Of a stretch of DNA of 64,000 nt, positions 24,587-39,800 are shown in pieces (the first letter of the stretch is position 1; every line of letters begins with the position of its first letter). The notes beneath the pieces are model-generated. The model made no database searches and was not told the origin of the DNA. It was given only the letters and a program-made list of their open reading frames with translations. Source of the DNA: Cirrosporium novae-zelandiae (taxonomy: Eukaryota); assembly GCA_026023565.1 (NCBI GenBank), contig JAPETS010000030.1:248001-312000 (forward strand). Direction: 5' to 3'. A program made the translations under genes and the position numbers.

Positions 24587-25591
24587 ACAGCGGAGCAGCT
24601 TCCGTATGGTGGTGTCTTGTCTGGAGTGTGACGGGTTGATTCAACGCATCTTGGAGAATTCGCTTGGGGAGGGAATGTGATAGTGAATAGCATTCCTTGT
24701 CTGGAAACGAATTTTCTACGATACATTGTCCATCAAAATATCTACTTATCAAAGAGCTTTCCCTAAGAGTGACGGAGACTTGGGTTAATGGCTAATGGGG
24801 GTGCTTTTATTGGTAAGGAAGGGCTGGGCACAGTTAGCAGGGCAAGAGGCGTCCGTTTGGCACCGACTATGGCGATTCTCCATGTGTACGAGTCTGGTAA
24901 CTTTCGTAAACCAGGCGTGTAGTTTCATTATTGAAGTTCAATTTTTGTCTTTTCCTTTGCCTTAACCCATTTAACTAACTTGGTGTGTTTTCGGGAGAAA
25001 AGTGGCAGGGGATCAGGCGGGACTCTTAGATGGCTAAGCGTCAAACAAGGTCGCTTGATGACCTTCATAGTACTGCAATGAGGAATGAGAAGTCCTTTTA
25101 ACTTTTAATCAATACATATCATTTAAGAAATCAGCTTTGGTCTATGGCTAAATATAGAACGTCTTACTGCTTGTCTAGAATAATAGTTGGACTTGTAGGG
25201 TTTTTTTTAAAAAAAAGAAAAGAAAAGAAAAAATATTGAGCTGGCTAGATACGGAGAATGAATCATATAGTCTATATATAATTTTTAGATATAGAATAAT
25301 AGTATTGTATGTATTGCTATATTGGTACAAAGATGGTTGTTGAATGATAGGTTCTGGCGGTGTTGGTCTCTCGGCTTACCCGTAGTTTCCCTTGTACTGT
25401 GTGGCTGTATTCCTGTATTCTCAAGCAGCAAGAAACACCAAACACCAAACCCGCAGTCCCCGCCAGCCCCCCAAAGGAACCACAAGGCCATCAGTTTCCA
25501 GCGTAACAGAAAGTCATCAATAACTCACCCCAACACGATTTTTCATCTCTAAATTTTCAAAAAATTATCTAGTTAAGACTGTGCGACAGAT

Positions 25592-27958
25592 ATGGCACCA
25601 AAAGATTTGTCGCAAGACGCACCAGGGACTCCTGAGCCAAGCAGATCCATGGCAACGCTGACTATGTTGAGGTATGCAGAGTGAACCTTTCTCTGTCGCC
25701 AAACTGTCTGCTGATTGGGTGGCAAAATTCTATAGAGTTGGAGTCAAAGTTTTTGCTGAAAAGGTGAGCTCATGATACACTATGTGTTTTATTTTGAAAT
25801 ATATATTTATATTCTATGTAAAAAAAATTGTTTACAGTGAATAAATATTCTAATTGATAGCTAGGAGGATTCAAAGCGCAAAGCTGAAATTCTATCCATA
25901 CAGCAACGAAAGGGAGAATTGCATTTCTAGTGAGTAGAGTTCCATTTCAAGTCAGAATCTCTAGAATTCCCTAAATTATTTTTTTATATTATCATTGTCT
26001 TGTTTGCATATTTTTGCGAAGAGATGCAACAAACTGGCCGATCAGCACATAAACCCTTTTTGAAACATACCCAGTACATACGACCACAGGCTCAAGAGAA
26101 CTGGGCATCCCGTCCGCTCTGCCATACATAAACTTGAGACCGGCCGGTTAGTAGTTGGGTCGGTGACGACCAGCGAATACCGGCTGTTGTATGTTTTTTT
26201 GTTTCTTGGCATTGAATAATCCCTGTTGAGACCATAGCAAGCATGTTGTCATCAATCCTCTACGTTTAGAACTTTATTTGGTCTTGATATGGTCTAATTT
26301 TTCGTCAGTGTCCATTATGAAGATTTCAATAAACGCCTTGACGGTATGTAGTCTGCATTCTGTATTCTGCTATTGGGATATTAGCACTTATCACATATAG
26401 AATGGATTCCCTCTAGTCGGCTAGACCTGACCCGGCCTGTGGAATGGCCCACTGTCGAAAAAGACAATAAAAAAAAATCCAAGAATCCACCTTCAAAGGC
26501 TCAAAAACGTCCCCGTCCCTCGAAAAAGAATGAAGTTCGTGATCAATCCTCTACTCCTGATATCGTTTTTACTCCTGGTGGTGCCAATCAATCCAAAGCT
26601 CTCCGTCCTTCCAAAGCTGGTGGTAAAGAAAATCGTGATGACGACAACGAAATCACTCTATTGACATCTGATTTGCATGTTGATACACCAAAAGACGTTG
26701 ATGGAGATGTCGACATGATCGATGTTGCCGCAGCAGCAGCAGCAGCAAAGGGTGCTGGATGCGCCCCCGAACAGCCATATATGCATGATGCCGATGGCGA
26801 GAAACTCCGTGTCGGTGGTAGTATGACACAAAATGTGGGCGAAGTCTCGAGAGTGAGAAATCTTAGTCGCATTCAAATGGGTCGTTATGAAATGGAGCCC
26901 TGGTACTTCTCCCCCTACCCTTCTGCTTTCCAGGACTCCGATATGGTATATATTTGTGAGTTTTGCCTGAGCTATTTTGGCTCGAGAACACCTTTTGCAC
27001 GACACAGGGTCAAATGTACCTTACAACATCCTCCTGGAAATGAAATTTACCGTGATGACTATGTATCCTTCTTCGAAGTGGACGGACGGCGGCAACGCAC
27101 CTGGTCACGGAATCTTTGCCTCCTCTCTAAATTGTTTCTCGATCACAAAACTCTTTATTGGGATGTTGACCCTTTTCTTTTCTATTGCATGTGTAGTCGC
27201 GATGAACATGGATGTCACCTTGTTGGATACTTCTCTAAAGAAAAGGAATCAGCCGACGGGTTTAACGTGGCATGTATTCTGACGCTTCCACAATTCCAAA
27301 GAAAAGGATATGGACGATTACTTATTCAGTTTTCGTATGAACTCTCCAAACGTGAAGGCAAGCAAGGCTCTCCGGAAAAGCCGCTCTCGGATCTTGGACT
27401 GCTTGGCTACCGGGCTTACTGGCAAGAAACTATCGTTGACATCCTAATGGAGAGGGAGGAGAGGGACAATGGGGGAGGTGAGAATGGGACAACTGGGATT
27501 GGGCGAGGAGCCGGAGAAAGAGGGAAAGGGATTACCGTGGATGAATTGGGACAGATTAGTTGCATGACCAACGGGGACGTGTTGCATACTCTGCAAAACC
27601 TGAATATGTTGAGGTATTCGGTGAGTCGGTTTAGAGATGTTCGTTGCGCAAGCTTTCCCCCTTCCTTAAACCCCCATTTAACTTCTTATTGGATGGCATC
27701 AACCCCAGAGGGGCTCTAGCCTTTTTTAATATCCTCCATTTTGAGAAACCTTTCAGAAGGGGATTGCTGACCGAGTTCTATTCTTGATGTGATGTACAGA
27801 AAGACCAGCATGTCATTGTCCTACCCGATGCAGTCGTCAAGCAACGCCAGAAACAACGAGAGAAGGAAAAGGCGGGGTTGAGAAGGAAGATTGATCCAGA
27901 AAAGTTGCAATGGAAGCCACCGGTCTTCACGGCCAGTATGAGGACCTGGAATTGGTAG
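25592..27958 (+). CDS. ESA1: MYST histone acetyltransferase Esa1 (NuA4 catalytic subunit), multi-exon
   Basis: Tudor-knot [23 protein letters not shown], zinc finger, [33 protein letters not shown]-terminus. Confidence 0.95.
26076..26194 (+). rRNA. 5S rRNA gene (dispersed type) inside ESA1 intron 25930-26308
   Basis: 119 nt: ACATACGACCA...CCCGTCCGCTCT...TTAGTAGTTGGGTCGGTGACGACCAGCGAATAC...GTTGTATGT; helix I ends pair; followed by an oligo-T Pol III terminator. Confidence 0.96.
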
Positions 27959-28789
27959 CTTGGAGAGTGCCTTTATATTGAATACTTCAGCGCGGCGTTC
28001 ATGGCATGGAAGGGTTTCAAAGGAGTGTTTTGTTTTCATTATATTGAAGGGGCTATCTACTATCTGGGGGGAATGATAAAAGGATAAAAGGGCATGATAC
28101 AAGTAGACGTTGGGCGGCTGGTCTTGTTGAAGTGACAAGAATATCCCATGGTGAAAGTTGGCGTTGAAATACAAGTCTAAGATACTACTGAGCAATGGGT
28201 TAGTAGAACAGTCAAGTGCTGAAGCGGGTCATCGGGTTTAGTCATTCGATTACTTAACGTGCGCGTGAAAAGTGAAAAGAAAATTAGATTCTCCACGAGG
28301 CTTTTTCCCTTGATCTCAGAAAGGAATACTACGGTAGCAGCAAGGTGTAAATACTAACTTGATTTGATTCTGCAAGATGGTTTAGATCTGATAAGCATCC
28401 CAACGGCTTACTTGACAGGCCTTGACGGTCCCTGATAGGCTTTGGTAGGGCCCATCTGAAAACCTTACAAGGCAATGACGCATTGCTGAAGGCCAAGTAA
28501 GATCCATAACCAGCCGAAGCTCCGCCATCAACAATAATTAATTAATTCATCCATCTATGTAACTACACCATCCTCACAATCTTTTCCTCCATCTCCTCTC
28601 TCCTCTCTCCATTTTTATTTCGGGTTTTAATTATATACACCTTATTCATTCTATTCTGTTGCTCAGAGTAGACCCAGCTATACCATCTCCACTCTCTCAT
28701 CGTCATGATGCATTTATAGATACCCTATTCAAACCCAATTGATTTACAGCCGCCATCGAGCTTGACCTTCCTAACATCTTTCCTCAATA

Positions 28790-31127
28790 ATGCGGTTTAC
28801 GGATTCTTTGATACGCTCTCGCGCTGCTGTTCTACGTCGAGTACCACAATGTCATTGGCAGACTACAGGCACATTAGGTCTTGCGAGAAATTACCACTTC
28901 CGTGGTTTTCAGCCTCCTCAACGATGGTCAACTATTTATCCTTCTAAATTCCTTCCCTTGCAACATACTCGTCCCATAAACTTCCAATTCGTTCGTGACG
29001 CTTCGACGACACCAGAAAAACCCGCGAGAAAGCCAATCATTCGTTTCCTTCATGGCGTTTTTCTTTTTGCCGGTGCTATTGGTATAACGGCTACAACCCT
29101 GGTGGTTTCTTTCTTCCTATATGATGCCTCTACCTATCGTGAAGATCCCACATATTATGCCGATATTCCTGTCTCTGAAAGGGCCCTATTTCCTCGACGA
29201 GGTGGACCAAAGGATCTACCAATCGCTGAGTCCTTAGTCGACGATGATGATTGTGAGGAGAAGCGACTGGTGAAACAAAAGCCGCGACTGGTCATACTAG
29301 GTAGTGGTTGGGGGAGTGTAGCACTGCTGAAAACTCTGAATCCCGATGAATACCATGTTACGGTTGTTTCGCCAGTTAATTACTTCCTGTTCACACCTAT
29401 GCTTCCTTCGGCAACAGTAGGAACTCTCGAACTACGATCGCTGACAGAACCTATTCGACGAATAGTTGCAAGGGTTGAAGGACATTTCTTGAAGGCACGT
29501 GCTGTGGATGTTGACTTTTCAGAGAAGTTGGTAGAAGTTACCCAGACATATGTTGATGGATCGACGAGAAACTTTTACTTACCTTATGATAAACTTGTCA
29601 TTGGTGTCGGTATGTAATATCTTTGTCCAGGATCAAGTTGAGAATTTCTAACCTTCATAGGATCGACGACCAATCCGCACGGTGTCCGGGGTTTGGATCA
29701 TTGCCATTTCTTAAAAGAAGTTAATGACGCTAGAAGGATCAGAAAATCTGTTTTGTCAAATCTAGAACAGGCCTGTCTCCCGACAACCACTGACGAGGAA
29801 AGAAGAAGACTACTGTCTTTTGTTATCTGCGGTGGAGGGCCAACCGGCGTTGAATTTGCTGCCGAGCTATTTGATATGCTTAACGAGGATCTAACTCGTT
29901 CCTTTCCTAAACTGCTTAGGAATGAGATTGCAGTTCACGTAATTCAGAGTAGGAGTCATATTTTAAATACTTATGATGAAGCCCTGTCGAAATACGCTGA
30001 GGTAGAATCTTTTCTTTCCGGCCAAGGCATATTACTGAAGCTCTATAGGCACGATTTGCACATGATCAAGTGGAGGTCTTAACTAACTCGAGAGTCAAGG
30101 AGGTTCATTCAGATAAGATCCTATTCAGCCAAAAAGACGAATCTGGTGAAATGGTTACTAAGGAACTTCCTATGGGCTTTTGTTTGTGGTCGACGGGAGT
30201 CTGTGAGCATTTCCAATTCTCCTGGATCAAGAGACAACCCCTAACATTTTACTAGCTCAGACCGAATTCTGCCAACGTCTTGCGAATAAACTCGGTGATG
30301 TACAAAATAACCGCCATGCCCTTGAAACTGACACACATCTCCGCCTTAATGGTACACCACTTGGTGATGTTTATGCCATTGGCGATTGCGCCACTGTCCA
30401 AAATAACGTGGCCGACCACATAACTACCTTCTTGCGCACCCTCGCCTGGGAAAAAGGAAAAGATCCCGAGAAAATGCACATTACCTTTTCTGAGTGGAAG
30501 GACGTCGCCAAGCGAGTCAGAGTGCGTTTTCCGCAAGCGGCAGGCCATCTCAAACGGCTCGATCGCCTCTTTGAACAGTACGATATTGACAGGAGCGGAA
30601 CGCTCGATTTTGGCGAGCTTCACGAGTTACTGTTACAAATCGACTCCAAACTCACCTCCCTCCCAGCAACGGCCCAACGCGCCAACCAACAGGGCCAGTA
30701 CCTCGGCCGAAAATTCAACCGGATCGCAGAAGCCGCCCCAGGCTTCCGCGTCAACCAAGTCGACTACGGAGACCTCGACGAAGCCGTCTACAAGGCCTTC
30801 GAATACAAACATCTTGGCAGCCTGGCATACATCGGCAACGCGGCCATTTTCGACATCAACGGATTATCTCTATCTGGTGGACTCATGGCCGTGTACCTAT
30901 GGCGAAGCATCTACTTCGCCCAGAGTGTAAGTTTGAGAACTAGAACCCTGCTCGCGATGGATTGGGGCAAGAGAGCACTTTTTGGAAGAGGTGAGTACCG
31001 CTTTGCGATTTGTCCGCTTTTTCCTTCCCCCTTACCCCTTTTGAAACCCCCCGACTTTTTCTCCCCTCTTTTACACATTTTAAATATGGAAACTGAAATT
31101 ACTCATACAGATCTAATGGAATTATAA
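28790..31127 (+). CDS. Mitochondrial alternative (type II) NAD(P)H dehydrogenase with EF-hand (Neurospora NDE-1 type), multi-exon
   Basis: ILGSGWG, FLFTPMLPS, GGGPTGVEFAAE, AIGDC, EF-hand DIDRSGTLDFGE, LPATAQRA, HLGSLAYIG. Confidence 0.93.
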
Positions 31128-31967
31128 AAAAAATAAAGATTTCGAAGTTGAGTAAAAAAATTAATTGATTGGAAATTGGAAATGGGAGAAGATGAAGAAA
31201 ACTTGGAATTTTCTACTTTTTCCTTTTTTTTCTCCCCCCTTCCTTGGTTCTCATTAAACCTCATCCCTAGCTACATGGGAGGAAGAAGGGAGGGCGATGA
31301 CGCTAGTGCTGGATACAGCGTTGGTTTAGTTGGGGGGGAGGGGTGTCTTGAACTGGTATTTTATAAATTTGGGAATACTATTGCAGAGGGCAAGGGCAAG
31401 GGCAGGGAAGAAAAGGGTAAGGGTAAGGGAAGGCGATTCGGTGTGTTGTGTGCATGCATGCGAGCCTATGTCAGGGTGTTGGTTGGGTTGGTTTCTCTTT
31501 TGGAGGTAAATCATTAAATTAGAACGGGTTTTTTTTTTTTTTGCTTTTAGTTATATAGATATTCAATATGATATGATATGATAGACAAACACAACACAAC
31601 ACAATGTAGAATCAAAACTATTATCACTATTTTGTTTGGAATATTGTAGATATGTATTAAATAGACTAGAGCTTGTATGTAGTAGGAATGTAGAATGGAA
31701 TATTTTTCATTGACTAGGGTTTTTTTTTGGTAAGGGGGTCGGGGGTTGATTTATCAATTTATCAGATTAATGCTGATAATAGATGCAGCAGCAGCAGCAG
31801 CATCTAGCTAGAGATATACAAAGCCAGCACTTCTTTAACCTTACCCCCACACCCCCCTCCCTCCTCCTCTATTTTCAACCAGGTAATTCCTTAAGAAAAA
31901 ATATAGCTATATGATACAACAGTTAATTAACCAATCCTTCACTCCTTCTTTCACCCACCAACTCCCA

Positions 31968-34403
<2,436 letters not shown>

Positions 34404-34676
34404 TTAAGATCAGTTGTTGAAAGCTGCAGGATGCACGCGTTGTGAATATCGACTAGTTAACTCTCTAGACGAAAGAAAGTTGGTCGCGAAGTTGAAGTTC
34501 TGCGGCGGACGTGATGACTAAGGTCGGACTTTATAATCTCCGACTCCACCACAGCAGCAGCAGTTTGATAGCAATATCGATATTTGATATTTTTTGCTAC
34601 GATAAATTGACCGACCTAGCGAAATAATTTCAATTTCAATTCTACAAATTATATATCCCCTCTCCACAAATCTACC

Positions 34677-36218
34677 ATGGCGTCTGCCTCAACAGAAGCT
34701 CCAAGGCAGTACAGCCAGCCCTCGCGAAAAGGCAAAAAAGCATGGAGAAAAAACGTTGACATCACTGAAATCCAATCCGGATTAGAAGGCGTGCGAGAAG
34801 AAATAATAAAAGGGTAAGCTAATGATAACAATGATTGATTTCCAATTTCTTTCTCCAATAATCCTATATAATTATTGTACCGGAGTCTCTGTTCCTAACT
34901 GTGCAAAAAAACCAAAAGCGGCCTCCTCTCCGAGAAACCTTCCTCCTCCCTCTTCACCCTCGATACTACCGGCTCCACCGAGATAAAAAATACCTACAAC
35001 AAGAAAAATAAGCCCCTCAAATCCGACGAGATCCTTGCCCGACGCTCTGCCGTCCCCGCCATCGACAGCCACAAGCGCACGCTCTCCCGAGTCACTGACG
35101 GTGTCATCGATCCTAGCAACAAACGACACAAATCCAGCGGGGTCAGCACAAAAAAACTATCAGCCCTAAAAGATTTCGCCTATCACGGCGACTCTGTGCA
35201 CAAAGATGTCGTTAAGACGGGAGACACAGCGGCCTACGACCCCTGGGCCATCCAAACCCCCCCAGAAACCACTTGGAAAGAAAAATATCCCTTCCTAGAC
35301 GCCCCCAAACAAACCGTCGCCCCTAAAACCCTTCGCCAACCCCCCATTTCCCTAACAGCAAACGGCAAACCCGCCCCGGCCACCCGAGTCCCCTCGGCTG
35401 GTATAAGCTACAACCCTGAATTCGAAGAATGGGCTCAGCTCCTCGAAACCGAAGGCCAAAAAGAACTTGAAGCCGAGAAAAAGAGACTCCAAGCCGCCGA
35501 AGAAGAAAAAAGAAAACAGGAGATCATCGAGGCTGCACAGAATGAGGAGTCACCGGACGCTGACGAGGGAGAAGAAAGCGCCTGGGAAGGCATCGAAAGC
35601 GAATACGAAGATGCTGCCGCCCTGGAGGACGAGGAAAATTTCATACCCAGCAAGCGACCGGAGCGGAAGACCCCAGCACAACGCAATAGGGCGCTGCGGA
35701 GGAAGGAAGCCGAGAGACAAGCTAAACATGACGCCAAGTTGAAGAAGATAATTCAGCAGGAGAATCAGATCCGTCAGATCTCTAGGGAATTGAAAATGAA
35801 GGATCTGGCTCGCAAACAGCAGTTGAGCACCGCGGACGTAGCACATTCATCGGAAGACGAGGAAAGAGAAAAAGAAGAAGAGGGAGAAGGCGACGAGCGA
35901 ATCCTCCGAAGAGATAGATTCGGCAAAGCACGGTAAGCCAGCCAGCCAGTTCACAAAAATACCCCCATCCCATCACCTAACTAACCCCCTTAACCAAACT
36001 CCAGCATCCCCTCCCCAAACCTCGAACTGGTCCTCCCAGACGAGCTCCAAGAATCCCTCCGCCTCCTAAAACCCGAAGGAAACCTCCTAGCAGAGAGATA
36101 TCGCAACATGCTGGTGCGAGGAAAGATGGAGATCCGGAAGACGGTGTTTCAGTCCAAGAAGGTTAAGAGGGAAGTTACGGAGAAATGGTCTTATAAGGAT
36201 TTTAAACTTCATCCATAG
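34677..36218 (+). CDS. NOP53: Ribosome biogenesis protein Nop53 (3 exons)
   Basis: QPSRKGKKAWRKNVD, LFTLDT, SYNP.FEEW, LPDELQESLRLLKPEGNLL, EKWSYKDF. Confidence 0.92.
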
Positions 36219-36875
36219 ATTGATTTTAGTGGTGGATTTAGATAGATATGCGTGTAGTGTATGTGCATGTTGCATAAAAATACCTTAGTTGCTTATAGCT
36301 ATAGCAATGATATTCGAGTTTGAAGGGGTGGATTGAAATTTGAAATTGTTTGATTGCTCTATCTAAGTGGAACTAAGATGTAAAAAGAAGTAGGCGGGCA
36401 TTCAATCCATAACTTTTTCTACAGATAGCCAATGATATATATCTACGAGGATTACAAAGTGCCTTGAATATATTAAATAAATATTTATGTAATTGTTTCT
36501 TGTCAATAAACAGTAAATAACTGAATGCCAAATGTATACCGAGATAAGGAAGGCTAACCCGCAACTTGATCTTTTTGCACAAAAGCTGATGAACAAGTTG
36601 GCTCCAGATCAAGAAGAAAAGTTACCATTATATAAACGTTCGCAATTATTATAGAAAAGAGCAAAAAAATCTCTTTCACATCCCTTTCCCGATTCCCGAT
36701 TCCCTATTTCTTTTTTATCAGCCATGCAATGCCCTGGGTATCATGCTCATCGCAAACGCCAAAAGCAAGTCTTCGTAGCTCATAGTGCTTGCAATAACAA
36801 AACAAAAACGTCATTGAACTCCAAAAAAAAACACTGTTGAACCCCCATATGTCTATCAAAAGCTTCCAAATAGCA

Positions 36876-39800
36876 TTACCATCCACCGAGGGCCGACCCA
36901 TTCGGTTTTGAAGAAGACGATTTCCTTCCAGTATTGGCTTTACCCCTTTGCCTCTTAGGTATACCCCCGATAGGCCCAGAACCCTTTCTCTTGCCCCGTC
37001 CTTCTGGAGACACCGCAGTATCTTCTTCATCATCTAGACTTGCACCGTCTAAAGATGCTCTATCATCATCGCTTTCAGCCCCAACTTTCAGCTCACTGTC
37101 AACCGCAAGAAGTTCTGCAAATTCCTTGCAGCGCTCTAGCATGGTTTCACGTGTATCTAACGACCGAGATATCCTAGAAATCACCTCCGAGAATTTTTCT
37201 GCGGTTACACCATGGGCCTTAGTGGGGGCTTTGTTGATTTCTTTCGCCGACTGTTTCGCTTTGCCCTCTCGTCGCTGCTGTAGCCCACTGAGTCCGTAAA
37301 GCCGTCGAAGAAAGGTGCGGACTTCCCAAGCAATAGAAAGAATAATTGCAAATATCGTAAGTCGCTCAAGTTTGTGTTGTTCAATATCCGGTATCTGCCT
37401 CTCTGGTTGGACTGGATCAACAGGACCGATTTGCGCTGCTTGTAGAACCTGGGGATTTTGGTAGCCTTCCACCGTCTGTAGAGCAGGACCAACCTGAGCT
37501 TCCTCAACCAAAGGAGGACCTAATGTATTCTTGAAAACATCACTCTCAATGGATTGGGCAATAACTGTCCCGGTGCTGCTTACAATCCGTTCAATGCCTG
37601 ACACAACATGAAAAATATCGTCCATACGAGCGTATTCAAAGAGGGCTATATTCTCAAGAACAAATCTTGCAAATTCTAAATGTTCTTGACAGGCTTTCCC
37701 TGCGCCATCTAGTTTTTCGGGCTCAAAGTTGACCCTTGCACAAAGATTGTTGAGAAATTTCCTTTGGTATTTGGCACTGCTAATCTTGATGATATCAAAA
37801 AGGTTGTGGAGCTTAGCAGTGCTGCGACCCGATATACCGGAAATGTCCTTGACAACACGTCGTTGATATTCGAATGCTTCGTGGACGGCTCGCATATACT
37901 CTTTCTCGAGGATAGATTCATGATTTTGGTGCAAGTGCCGATGCTGCTCTATTGCTAGATTAACAATATGGCTATTGGTTGAGGTTTCCATCGCTACTAG
38001 GCCTGGTAAACATTCTTTAGGATGGAGAAGCCCTTGCTTGTTGATGCTTGCAATAAATTCAACCGCTGGTGTGGCATGAGAATCTTGAGATGCCAAAGCA
38101 ATACGTAGGATAGGTTCTAGGTAAAGTTGCACGATGAATGCTGAAGCCCCATCGGTGTCGTTTGCGACCATCGACGCTCCGAGTTTACCCATCGAATTTT
38201 CTTGGCTACTTTGTGGTGCAGCATCGGTTGAAGCTGCGGCACTTTTCTCTCGGCCAACTGAGAAGTCGCGAAAGGCTTTAGTAACAATGTCCTGAAGTTC
38301 CAAATTGCCTTCTTCAAAGACGGTGGTAAAAGCCCTCTTCACCTGTTCACGTTCAAACAATCTAGGCCAAGACTGACAGATTGATCCCAAGGCATCTAGA
38401 GACCATGCTCGTAATTCCAATGGCTGCTTAGAACCAGCGAACGGATGAATGAGGTCAATCATCAGTTGGGGAACAGAGTTGCCCTTCCACCAAGGGAAAC
38501 GTTGCTTGAAAAGATTGATGGTTTTTTCGAACTTGCAGAACTTACCCAACACTCCGGCCAAACGAACCAATATCTTAACTTGAGTGAGAGTGCGTTGTTG
38601 AGTTGAGTCGCTGAGGTTCTTTCCACGAGATTCATAGATTTTCTGTAGAACAGAGATGGTTAAATTTGCTAGTCTCTCAATATTGCCCAATACACCATTA
38701 ATTGTCCAGAGACAGGATATGGCTTCGTGCAACTCAGCCCGTGCAAGTCTTTGAATGAGCTTGAACAGCGAACCCTGTACATCACGGAGCAAACCCTCTT
38801 GTACTTTTGACATACGAGGAAGTACGCATCGGAGAATAGTGACGGCAGATCGAAATAGAAACAAGTCATCCTGAGTAGATAGGTTGCCAAGGTACGGTAG
38901 CAACAGCTTTATTTGCTCAGGGGAGAAGAGTTTCGCATTTGCATGGGCAAATACTGCTAACGCCTGAAGCGTATAGCGTGGTTCTAGATGATTCGTCGTG
39001 TCTGTGTCGTCTAACATTTCATCGAACATCTTAGCTACTAGCGCCTGGCAGACTTGGTAATTGGCTTTCGCAAACTTGGCGTTGTTCGACAAAATATTCT
39101 TCAAAACGAGTTCGAGAACCGCGATAACTTTCTCCCCTCTCTGCACTGTTTTGATGATGAGACGGCACTGGTCTTTTAGCGTGATCTGAGTCTGAGGGGT
39201 CTGATTGGATGCAGAAACGGAGGCATAGAATGGGGACATCCAAATCTCTTCAAACATCTGGCGGGCAAGCTCAGCGACCCCTTCATCGTGATCCATGACA
39301 CGTTGAATCAAGCTATCAGCAATGACGGCCTTTATATCCATACGAGAACTGCGAAGATAAATCTCTCTTAGAAGCTTCATGGCTCTCTTCCTAACTCCAA
39401 CGGCGGAATCAGCTGCGCAAGTCAAGATACTTCCTAAGGATGCCTCTTCAAGGTTAGGCTTCAAAGTGATGCACTTGCCGATCAATGAAAGGGCTGAATC
39501 CCGAACCATAGAGGATTGATCAGTTGCACTCTTAAGGATTAGACGCATAACACTAGGACCGCGATCGAGTAAACTAGGATCCTTTTCTAGCATTTGTGTA
39601 ACACTTTTCATACTTCGACTTCGAACAGTCGCTTGATCGCTGGTGATTAATCCGAGCAGGACACTTAGTATGCGTTCAAAGGTTTTACAAAAGTCTTGAT
39701 TCAGAGTGACAATTCCGAATGCAAGGCGTGCCTCAAGAGGAGTGATGCTGCCCCAGACTTGTTCAGTGGCAAAAAGCCGTGGATCTGCTAAAGACTGATC

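Noticed and set aside
31520..31810. Homopolymers, (ATATG)n, (CACAA)n and (GCA)6 repeats
   Set aside because: Ordinary microsatellites in a convergent terminator region.
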